DNA of 21,876 nucleotides, from positions 1-21,876 of the forward strand of contig NW_021836999.1 of the NCBI RefSeq assembly GCF_006345805.1, written 5' to 3'. Shown one piece after another: positions 10,054 to 19,910 of the stretch (positions are counted from its first letter, which is position 1; the number at the start of each line of letters is the position of its first letter). The translations under genes and the position numbers were made by a program. Under the pieces are notes generated by a model. It saw only the letters and a program-made list of their open reading frames with translations, made no database searches and was not told the origin of the DNA. Origin of the DNA: Octopus sinensis. Its lineage: Eukaryota.

Positions 10054-10713
10054 TTATTACCCACAAGGTGCTAAACATAGAGGAGACAAACAAGGACAAA
10101 CAAACGGATTAAGTCGATTACATCGACCCCCCTCCCCAGTGCGTAACTGGTATTTAATTTAAGGCGACGAGCTGGCAGAAGCGTTAGCACGCCGGGCGAA
10201 ATGCTTTGCGGTATTTCGTCTGCCGTTACGTTGTGAGTTCAAATTCCGCCGAAGTCGACTTTGCCTTTCATCCTTTCGGGGTCGATAAATTAAGTACCAG
10301 TTATGCACTGGGGTCGATGTCATTGACTTAATACCTATGTCTGTCCTTGTTTGTTCCCTCTATGTTTAGCCCCTTGTGGGTAATAAAGAAATAGGTATTT
10401 CGTCTGCCGTTACGTTGTGAGTTCAAATTCCGCCGAGGTCGACTTTGCCTTTCATCCTTTCGGGGTCGATAAATTAAGCACCAGTTACGCACTGGGGTCG
10501 ATGTAATTGACTTAATACCTATGTCTGTCCTTGTTTGTTCCCTCTATGTTTAGCCCCTTGTGGGTAATAAAGAAATAGGTATTTAATTTATCGACCCCGA
10601 AAGGATGAAAGGCAAAGTCGACCTCGGCGGAATTTGAACTCAGAATGTAACGGCAGACGAAATACGGCTACGCATTTCGCCCTACGTGCTAACGGTTCTG
10701 CAAGCTCACTGCC
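10054..10713 (-). mobile_element. Older SINE family B monomer split by a nested insertion
   Basis: Tail half 10054-10161 and head half 10578-10713 rejoin into one colinear monomer. Confidence 0.85.
10162..10577 (+). mobile_element. Young SINE family B dimer (head + 2 x 184 bp) with 13-bp TSD
   Basis: GGTATTT at 10210, 10394 and 10578; flanking direct repeat GGTATTTAATTTA at 10149-10161 and 10578-10590. Confidence 0.88.
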
Positions 10714-10759
10714 TTCTATTGTGTCACAATAGGACACAAGTGCTATGAGTCTAAATGAC

Positions 10760-11014
10760 TCGTGGAAGAACAACACTGTCCTTTACTCTCATTTGACGCA
10801 ACAGCTACGGACCAGAAGAGGCTTCATGGCAGGCCCCGCACCAGATAGACGGCTGGACGTGATCGGGGAAGATCTCCAGATCCAGAGGTTCGACGTCACT
10901 TTGGAGCTCGCAGAGGGGGCTGACGCGGGACCGCCAGCGATGGAGAGCACACTGGGACCACCAACCTGAGATGACCCCAGCCTCATCGAGCAAGTGCATG
11001 AAGCAAGCAAGCAA
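10760..11014 (+). mobile_element. RTE-clade LINE, 5'-truncated 3' end, frameshifted
   Basis: Removing a 4-bp insertion (10847-10850) and one extra G (~10919) gives VLYSHL...QKRLHGRPRTRWLDVIGEDLQ...LAEGLTRDRQRWRA. This matches the GRPRTRW.D...DR..WR C-terminal motif of RTE ORF2. A (GCAA)n tail lies at 11003-11014. Confidence 0.78.
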
Positions 11015-11514
11015 ACTGGAGCCATGGGAAATGGAGAGTCTTGCTCAAGGACACAATAAACCATTGTCGGTGAGAAAACACCATTAAAACCAATAAACTG
11101 GATTGTTAACCTTGTTTAAACTGGTTTCTATGGTTACCTTGTCTTTTTATTTCTTTTTTTTTTACCAGTCATAGTGTATCTAGGAGTGCATTGTCTTATA
11201 TGACATATTAAACAATGTAGGCTAGTCTATTAGAGATAAGCTGCGAGTTGAGGGAAATTTGGCTGTTATTTCTAGCATATTGTGTTATTGCTGATTGTGT
11301 ACTAATGCTTCTGTTTGTTACTACCTCTCACTGCACTGCAACCTCCGCCGTCGCCGCCGCCTTTAGCATCGTTATGGTAATAATGATAATGATAATGATA
11401 ATGATGGTGGTGGTGGTGGTGGTGGTGGTGGCGGCGGCGTTGGCTGTAGCAATAAGCTAGATCAATATATGCAGATAGATAGATCAAAAGATAGATATAG
11501 AAAAAAGACAGCGG

Positions 11515-11524
11515 CAGCAGCAGC

Positions 11525-11595
<71 letters not shown>

Positions 11596-11600
11596 TGGTG

Positions 11601-11632
<32 letters not shown>

Positions 11633-11638
11633 GGTGTG

Positions 11639-11671
<33 letters not shown>

Positions 11672-11720
11672 ATAGTAGTAGTAGTAGTGGTAGTAGTAGT
11701 AGTAGTAGTAGTAGTAGTAA

Positions 11721-11757
<37 letters not shown>

Positions 11758-11779
11758 AGTAGTAGTAGTAGTAGTAGTA

Positions 11780-11815
<36 letters not shown>

Positions 11816-11842
11816 TAGTAGTAGTAGTAGTAGTAGTAGTAA

Positions 11843-11873
<31 letters not shown>

Positions 11874-11938
11874 GGGTGGTGGTAGTAGTAGTAGTAGTAG
11901 TTGTAGTGGTAGTAGTAGCAGTAGTAGTGGTGGTAGCT
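11515..11938. repeat. Long (AGT/GGT)n trinucleotide tract
   Basis: Read directly from the sequence. Confidence 0.95.
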
Positions 11939-11939
11939 A

Positions 11940-12124
11940 TTAATGTTGCGTGCGTGTGTGTTCACTGTTACCATAGCGGAGGAGGTTGTTGCCTGCCAAG
12001 TCTCTCTAGCAGTTCTGATTAAACCAGCTGACTGCTTTCTTCTGCTCTCTCTCACTCTCTCTCGCCTTCGTTCTCTCTCTCTTCTCTATGTCTTTCCCCC
12101 TCTCACTCTCTTACATTCATACTT

Positions 12125-12173
<49 letters not shown>

Positions 12174-14210
12174 GTTGCTCTCTCTCTCTCATGCTTTCAC
12201 CGCAATCCAGTTCTGTGCATGCGTGTCGTATTGTCAGTGTTTCATAACGATCCCCCCTCCCTCTCTCTTTCTAGCTCTCTCTCTCTGCATCTCTCTCTCT
12301 CCCTCTCTCTTTCCAGCAGTTAACACTGGTTGATCTCGTGACTAGAACACACACACGTACACACTCACACACGTATACACGTACACACGCACGCACACAC
12401 ACGCAAGCAAACACACACACACACACCTTACCAGTGCAGTTACCAAGACACAGTCGATAGAGAAAAGAGGAAGGCTCTCACACACACCACCAAGCCTTCT
12501 TCATCTTCTTCCCCTGCTTATGGAATAACAAGCACAAACAAAGCGGAGCCCTTGTTTACGGAGTTTCTTTGCCTTTTTACACAACGTGGAGGAACACTTA
12601 AAAACCAAGGGGACTTCAACGAAAAGACATCCCGCCAAATCTTCTTCTTCATCTTCTTCTTCTCCTTCTTCTTCTTCTTCTTCTTGTTCTTCTTCTTGTT
12701 CTTCTTGTTCTTGTTCTTCCTCTTGTTCTTCTTCTTCTTTCTATCTTTCTCTCTCTCTGTTCTTCTCCTCTCCTTTCCTCCTTCGACGACATCGCCTCCT
12801 CCTCCACACTCATCATTCTCTTCGCCCACATCTGATGAAGAAGAAGACGAAAAAGAAGAAAAAAAAGGGGGAAGAAAGAAAAAGACGAAGAAGAGAAGAA
12901 AAAACGAATGAAAGAAAGAAAAGAAAGAGAGACGGAAATACTCATTTAAACTAATTCATTGGATACAAATATATACACACACGCACATATATATATATAT
13001 GTATATATATGTGTATATATTATAATATTTTTATGTTAAAATACTGGACGTCACGGAGAGATACCGTTGCTACAAACAACACGACTACCACCAACGCCAA
13101 CACCACGAGTAACACCACCAGCGCGCCATCACCACCACCACCTTCTTCATACGCTTAATGTTGTCATCATCATCATCATCATCATCAACAACAACAACAA
13201 CATTAGTGCCCCTAACCCGCAATATTAAGAGGTGATTATTGTAATAACAATCATCATCATCATCATCATAGTCGTAACTGACAACACGACTCGAGTTAGC
13301 TTGTTCATTCATTTCCTAAAACGCCTCTCTTCGTGTCTCCATACTACTACTATTACTACTACTACTACTACTACTACAACTACTACTACTTTCTTTTTTT
13401 TTTCTCGTTTCCCCTTGTTTGTTTTTTTCTGTTTTCATACATTCATACACATATAATACATATATTTACACACACATACACTGTATATGTACATTGCTGC
13501 ATATATACATACCCTCATATATACACGCATATTTACATGCACTCATACGTACACATGTACATAACACATACGTAGACACAGTCATACATACATATATTTA
13601 CACACATATTTGCATGCACTCATACATACACATGTACATAACACATACGTAGACACAGTCATACCTACATAACGAGTAAACACACATTGATAGATACGTA
13701 CATACATACATATATGCGTACGTACACGCATTCATACGCACACACACACACACACACATATACATACATAATAAGTATATATACTCACATTGATAGATAC
13801 GTTCATACATAGATATACATGCATTCTTACATACATACACCGAGAGCAAGCATTTTCTAGCCCCAATGTATGAGCGGCAACTGTGGCTGGGTGAACTCAC
13901 GCACGAGGGCGAATAGCACACACACACACACCCATACATCAACATCGTCATCATCATCACTATCATCAATACCAGCACCACCAACCACGATCACAACAGC
14001 CACGAACTGGAACAACACTGACGACAACAATGTATGAGCGGCAACTGTGGTTGGGTGAACACACGCACGAGGGCGAATAGCACACACACACACACCATAT
14101 ACATCAACATCGTCATCATCATCACTATCATCAATACCAGTACCACCGACCACGATCACAACAGCCACGAACTGGAACAACACTGACGACGACAACAGTT
14201 GAACGCCTCC
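11940..14210 (+). promoter_or_regulatory. Probable promoter / long 5' leader of the gene whose CDS starts at 14211
   Basis: Free of transposons, with CpG-containing unique blocks interleaved with (CT)n, (CA)n, (TTC)n and (GAA)n. Fox-like TGTTTAC at ~12553, CRE-like GGACGTCA at ~13047. The TSS cannot be located from sequence. Confidence 0.45.
13864..14197 (+). repeat. 164-bp tandem duplication immediately upstream of the CDS
   Basis: CAATGTATGAGCGGCAACTGTGG at 13864 and 14028, with a few substitutions between copies. Confidence 0.92.
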
Positions 14211-14472
14211 ATGCGATCTATGTTAGATCTTCTGCCTTGCACCACCAACGACCTCGCATGCGGCCCTGGAACCATCCAGATCGCAACGATGAGCGTGTGT
14301 TCGGTGTTGTACAGCGTGGAGCGGGCATTCTGCGTCGGGGGTTTGTGTGGCATCGGTGGTTCCGGCACTGACGGCGGCACTAGTGGTGGCGGGGGTGGTA
14401 GTGGTTCGGGCGACAATAACAATATGAAGGATGTATACGTGACCACCGCGCCGAAGGATGTAACCATGACAC
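14211..14472 (+). CDS. Probable first coding exon (87 codons + 1 nt, phase 1) of an unidentified gene: MRSMLDLLPCTTNDLACGPGTIQIATMSVCSVLYSVERAFCVGGLCGIGGSGTDGGTSGGGGGSGSGDNNNMKDVYVTTAPKDVTMT
   Basis: ATG 14211 (gcctccATG) follows an in-frame TGA at 14184. The block is GC/CpG-rich and non-repetitive, with many codons ending in C/G in this frame. It ends at AC|GTAAGA and then changes abruptly to (TCTA)n. The start could alternatively be 14220 or a later ATG. Confidence 0.62.
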
Positions 14473-14478
14473 GTAAGA
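14473..14478 (+). other. 5' splice donor GTAAGA; intron probably runs beyond the window end
   Basis: Consensus-like donor at the boundary between unique and repeat sequence; no convincing downstream exon found. Confidence 0.6.
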
Positions 14479-14494
14479 AAAGCCATATGGTTTA

Positions 14495-14686
14495 TTTATC
14501 TATCTGTCTATCTATCTATCTATTTGTTCATTTCTGTCTGTTCGTCTGTCTGTCTCTGTCTATCTATCTGTCTATCTGTCTATCTATCTGTCTGTCTGTC
14601 TGTCTATCTATCTGTCTATCTACCTATCTACCTTTCTATCAATCTATCTATCTGTCTATAGCTAAAAATCTGTCTACCTATTTGTC

Positions 14687-14735
<49 letters not shown>

Positions 14736-14768
14736 ATCTATCTATCTGTCTATCTTTCTATCTACCTT

Positions 14769-14800
<32 letters not shown>

Positions 14801-14845
14801 ATCTGTCTATAGCTAAAAATCTGTCTACCTATCTGTTTGTCTATC
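14495..14845. repeat. (TCTA/TCTG)n tract with a 151-bp higher-order duplication
   Basis: GCTAAAAATCTGTCTACCTA at 14661 and 14812. Confidence 0.93.
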
Positions 14846-15416
14846 TATAACTATGTCTGTGTGTGTGTGTGTGTATAACTATTTTATTCGATTCTTAATA
14901 TGTTGTTCCCTAATCATTTCCCACAGTTGACACCTCTTCTTTACAGTTCCTTTCATATCATTTCTAACAACTAAAACCAAAATAGATATTTATTTCACAT
15001 CTAAAAGCTTCCAACGACAGTCAAAGGAAAGCCCCGTGGTCGGTTGCTACAAATTATTACCACATGTTAATGCACCTCAAACGAATCTCAAAATCTTGTT
15101 TCCGCTGAAATGACGGCACTTAATAATAATAATAATAATTCTTTCTCTACTGGTCACATTCTTTCTTCACTGGCCGCAGCACTTAATAATGCTAATAGAT
15201 TTATTATTCATTTATCTTATGCGTTCCAGTTGCACTATCCAGCGCCATCTGTGAGCCTTGGTTACATGCACGATTTTATTTTGATATTATGCTTTCTATT
15301 ATATCGACAGTTCTCCGTTCAATATCTATCTATAGATAGGTTGTTAGTAGCGTCAGGATACACTGGGTAGTTGCCGAGGGGCTCTACATGTTTAGCAAGG
15401 CCTAATGCTTTTCATT

Positions 15417-15761
15417 CAGTGGTTCTCACCCGGGGTCCATATAAGATTTGGGCGGAAGGTGGGGTCCATGCAGTAAAATAGAAAATTGAGGATCCACAGT
15501 TGTATTTTAAAGGCCCCTGAAGAAATTTTGTTTTAGATTTATGTATTGGTATGTATTGCAAGAAAACAGTTAGGTTTTTTTTCTCTAACATTTTCAATAC
15601 TTCAACCTACACAAGTTAATATGAGAAAAACAAATTAGGAATTTTGAAAGAAGTTTCTATGAAACTAATTTTTAGACATCGAATGGCTATGGGGGTCCAC
15701 CAGAATAAATTAGTAATCAAAGGGGTCCATAGGTAAAAAAAAAAATTGTTGAGAAACTATG
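15417..15761 (+). mobile_element. Old hAT (Charlie-like) non-autonomous DNA element
   Basis: Left end CAGTGGTTCTCACCC and right end TGTTGAGAAACTATG (10/15 inverted match). Subterminal GGGGTCCA at 15432, 15461, 15692 and 15722. The 8-bp TSD is not preserved. Confidence 0.7.
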
Positions 15762-15944
15762 GTTTGCTGTCAACAAGGACTGCAGATTTCATTGTGTTGC
15801 TTCGCCCTGGCTGGGAGCTAAAATGCTATTCACACGGCCCGACTTAATAATGCTGTTTTCTTTGTTTTACTTATTTGTAAATCCCGAGGGTTCGGCTTAT
15901 ACTTTGTTAAGGTATTTTGGGGGGTTTTTTTAAGCTACTTTTTA

Positions 15945-16379
15945 TTTTACTCTATATTCGTTTCAAATTTTGGCACAAGGCCAGCAATTTCGGAGAAGAG
16001 GCTAAGTCGATCACATCGACCCCCAGTATTCAACTGGTACTTATTTTAACGACTCTGAAAGGATGAAAAGCAAGTCGATGTCGGCAGAATTTGAACTCAG
16101 AACGTAAAGACGGACGACATGCCGCTAAGCATTTCGCCCGGCATCTATTTTTTATTGTACTCTATATTCGTTTCAAATTTTGGCACGAGGCCAGCAATTT
16201 CGGAGGAGAAGCTAAGTCGATCACATCGACCCCCAGTATTCAACTGGTACTTATTTTAACGACTCTGAAAGGATGAAAGGCAAAGTCGATGTCGGCAGAA
16301 TTTGAACTCAGAACGTAAAGACGGACGACATGCGGCTAAGCATTTCGCCCGGCGTGCTAACGATTCTGCCAGCTCGCTG
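15945..16379 (-). mobile_element. SINE family B variant with 210-bp tandem duplication
   Basis: ACTCTATATTCGTTTCAAATTTTGGCAC at 15949 and 16159; head at the 16379 end. Confidence 0.85.
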
Positions 16380-16414
16380 TTTTAAATATACTTTGTTAAT
16401 AGTTCAATATGCTT

Positions 16415-16607
16415 AAGGCATCGAACTGGCAGATTGCTGAATGGCATTCCTTCCGGCTCTTTACGTGTTGAGTTCAAATTCCGCCGAGGTCGAATTTGTC
16501 TTCCATCCTGTAAAATAAAGTACCACTCAAGTACTGGAACCGATGCAATCGACTAGTTCTCTCTCTCTAAAACTGCTGACCTTGTACCGAAAATTAAGAC
16601 CGTTATT
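16415..16607 (+). mobile_element. Diverged SINE family B variant
   Basis: gagttcaaattccgccgaggtcgaatttgtcttccatcc core and tail cttgtaccgaaaattaagacc followed by (ATT)n. Confidence 0.75.
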
Positions 16608-16615
16608 ATTATAAT

Positions 16616-17029
16616 GGCGATCTTTCGTCTCTAGTAGACCTTTCCGTCGATTTCCGTAAAATTTTTTTTTTTTACGTATGGGCTTGCGGGAACTTTTGAA
16701 GTAATATACATACATATACACATACACCGAGTAAAAAATTTCAGTTATCTCTTTCTTTCACACATTACTCTGTCTCTTCACACACACTAACAGAAGCACT
16801 TCACTTACACAACATACTGTCTGTCTCCCACACCCCATCAAACACACACACATGTACATCAATGCTTCACATGCACGGTAACTTCAAAAGAACTTCCCTC
16901 GTCATACAATCGCTTTCTCTTAGTCTCTTTCGCTCTCATTACTTCAAAAGTTCCCGCAAGCCCATATGTAAAAAAAAAAATTTTTTTACGGAAATCGACG
17001 GAAAGGTCTACTAGAGACGAAAGATTGCC
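16616..17029. mobile_element. MITE with ~90-bp TIRs, GG...CC termini, flanked by ATTATAAT (Merlin- or MULE-like)
   Basis: 16616-16705 is the near-perfect reverse complement of 16938-17029. ATTATAAT lies at 16608-16615 and 17030-17037. Confidence 0.85.
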
Positions 17030-17040
17030 ATTATAATTAT

Positions 17041-17185
17041 ATACTTGGATAAATTTCTCAGTTTCTTTGAGAGATACGTTAACTGTTGCTATTGACCCTC
17101 CTTGATAACAATATCCGGTTATTTAGCCTTGATTTCCTTTCTGTGTGGGTTGGTATATCCTAAAATATGGTTGATTGCTTTCTGA
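17041..17185 (-). mobile_element. Decayed fragment of a restriction-like-endonuclease LINE (R2 group, e.g. R4/Dong)
   Basis: The minus strand, across frameshifts, reads TIF*DIPTHTE/KEIKAK*PDIVIK...NVSLKETEK/SKY. This matches the ILWD..I.TD..I.AN.PDIV...N.S.KE.EKLSKY motif of REL domains. Confidence 0.68.
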
Positions 17186-17375
17186 GGAATTCTCTGGTCG
17201 TTTCGTCATTCTCTGATGGATTCGCAGAATGGTTAGAGCGTTGAACAAATTGCCTTCCGGCCTTTGTTCTGCTTCCTTACGTTGTGAGTTCGCATCTCAA
17301 CCAAGAACTAGAATCGCTTTACTCGACTAACCATCCCCACTTGACGTTTGTGGACTTATGCCTATGTTAGAATTA

Positions 17376-17412
<37 letters not shown>

Positions 17413-17449
17413 CATTATTTTTTTTTATTACTACTACTACTACTACTAA

Positions 17450-17690
17450 GGCGGCGAGCAGGCAAAATCGTTAGCACGCCGGGCGAAAAGCTTAGCAGTA
17501 TTTCGTCTGCCGATACATACGTTCTGAGTTCAAATTCCGCTGGGGGTCGATTTTGCCTTTCATCCTTTCGGGGTCGATTAAACGAGTAGCAGTTACGCCG
17601 CACAGGGTTTGATGTTATCGACTTAATCCCCTCCCACCCACCCACCCCCCCGCAAATTTGAAGCTTTGTGCCTCAAGTAGAAAAGATTAT
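17450..17690 (+). mobile_element. SINE family B variant, full length; further highly diverged SINE remnants at ~17218-17390 and ~17770-17960
   Basis: ggcggcgagcaggcaaaatcgttagcacgccgggcg head, shared core, C-rich tail ending in (ATT)n. Confidence 0.85.
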
Positions 17691-18169
17691 TATTACTATT
17701 ATTATTATTATTGTTGTTGTTGTTGTTGCTGTTGTCATCATCATCATTATTAAAAGTACTCGGGGTGGTGGAATGTTAAGACTCCTAGAAAAGGCTTTGT
17801 TCGATTTAATTTGTCGCTTTATGTTTTGCGTTCAAATTCAGTAGAGGTCGATTTTCCCTTGAATATTTCCAGGGTTCGATAATATAACCACCACAACTCA
17901 ACTGGTGGAGTCAATCAGATCGAATGCATTACTCTTCCTTCTCCTCACTTTCGAAACTGGTGAAGGGGGTTATGATGAAAAAGGGGTTAGGATATGGCAT
18001 GTTGAAGTGAAATTGTTTTTGTTAGAATTTTAGCTCCTCGTCGCCATTTTGGGAATTCGAAGCCCGCCAAAGTTGAGTTTGTCGTTAAGAAAAAAAAAAA
18101 GAAAACGAAAATTGAAACCGCACAGCATGCAGTGTCGGGTTGCAGGAGGGTAAGGGGATGAGGCTTTCA

Positions 18170-18205
18170 ATTAATCACCATCATCATCATCATCATCACC
18201 ACTAG

Positions 18206-18238
<33 letters not shown>

Positions 18239-18995
18239 TATCATCATCACCATCACCACCACTAGCATCATCATTATCATCATCATCACCTCCACTAGCA
18301 TCATCATTATCATCATCACCACCACTAGCATCATCATCATCATCATCACCTCCACCATCATCATTATCATCATCACCATCACCACCAATAGCATCATCAC
18401 CACCACCATCATCACTTCACCACCACCACCATCATCACCATCACCACCACCATCATCACCACCACCATCACCACCATCATCATTATCATCATCACCATCA
18501 CCACCAATAGCATCATCATCATCATCACCACCACCATCATCACTTCACCACCACCACCATCATCACCATCACCACCACCATCATCACCATCACCACCACC
18601 ATCAACATCACCACCATCATCATTATCATCATCACCATCACCACCAATAGCATCATCATCATCATCACCACCACCACCATCATCATCACCACCATCATCA
18701 TTATCATCATCATCACCACCAATATCATCACTTCACCACCACCACCATCATCACCATCACCACCACCATCATCATTATCATCATCACCACCATCATCATT
18801 ATCATCATCATCAGCGTTGTCATCCTCATCGTCGTCGTCGTTGTCACCACCATCATCAACATTATCCTAAAGACCATCACTATCAACAACTCCAGCATCA
18901 CCGTCATCATCACCTTCTTCATTACCATCATCATCATCATCCTCATCATCATCAGCAGCAGCAGCAGCAGCAACAGCATCCTCATCATCCTCACC
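18170..18995. repeat. Compound (CAT/CAC)n tract with higher-order units
   Basis: Marker CACTTCACC at 18413, 18541 and 18729; explains the M/V-rich ORFs. Confidence 0.93.
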
Positions 18996-19379
18996 ATTAC
19001 CTATGTAGAAGTTGATGAACGCCATATTACATAAGTGGGCTCTTCACGAACCATCAAAGGAACTTTGGTGGTGTTACTCTATATGACATAGCAGCCAAAT
19101 TCCCTGAATTTCACTCTTGATATGCAAAAAAAAAAAAAAAGGCGGTTTGGTCGCGGCTGGAATGCATTTATTTCATCTGGAGAAGGCAAAAAAACAACAT
19201 CAACCACTACTCATCTGTTTATCTAACTTTCAAAGCAAACAAGTCTTGAAAATGAGCTGAGCACAGCTTTCTGTGGGAAGATGTTGCCTTCCTTCATTTT
19301 TATGTATCACTTTACACACACGCACACACACACACACACACCACACACACACTGACACACACTCACACATACATAAATA

Positions 19380-19442
19380 GATAGACAAACAGACAGACAG
19401 TTAGATAGATAGATAGATTGATAGATAGATAGATAGATAGAT

Positions 19443-19508
<66 letters not shown>

Positions 19509-19548
19509 GTAGGTAGATAGATAAATAGATAGATAGACACACACACAC

Positions 19549-19593
<45 letters not shown>

Positions 19594-19639
19594 GATAGAT
19601 AGATAGATAGACACACACACACATAGATAGATAGCTAGA

Positions 19640-19679
<40 letters not shown>

Positions 19680-19707
19680 GTAGGTAGGTAGTAGGTAGGT
19701 AATATAT

Positions 19708-19775
<68 letters not shown>

Positions 19776-19814
19776 TAGTAGGTAGGTAGTAGGTAGATAG
19801 CTAGCTAGCTAGCT

Positions 19815-19868
<54 letters not shown>

Positions 19869-19910
19869 ATAGATAGATAGAAGATAGATAGATAGATAGA
19901 TGATAGATAT
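19380..19910. repeat. Long (TAGA/TAGG)n tract
   Basis: Read directly from the sequence. Confidence 0.95.

Noticed and set aside
12831-12855. CTGATGA...CGAAA hammerhead-like core
   Set aside because: The intervening AGAAGAAGA cannot form stem II; it is part of a GAA repeat.
12586-12954. Ser/Lys-rich ORF and its antisense partners
   Set aside because: Product of (TTC)n and (GAA)n tracts with a GTG start.
14156-14467. Minus-strand ORF MVTSFGAVVTYTSFILLLSPEPLPPPP, superficially signal peptide plus Pro-rich
   Set aside because: It is the antisense of the Gly-rich + frame. The donor site, codon bias and upstream leader favour +. It cannot be fully excluded without stranded RNA data.
250-17520. 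tRNA genes at A/B-box motifs
   Set aside because: Each runs into a SINE body and I could not fold a complete cloverleaf.
17628-17651. G-quadruplex-capable C-run cluster (minus strand)
   Set aside because: It is a locally expanded SINE tail with no evidence of function.
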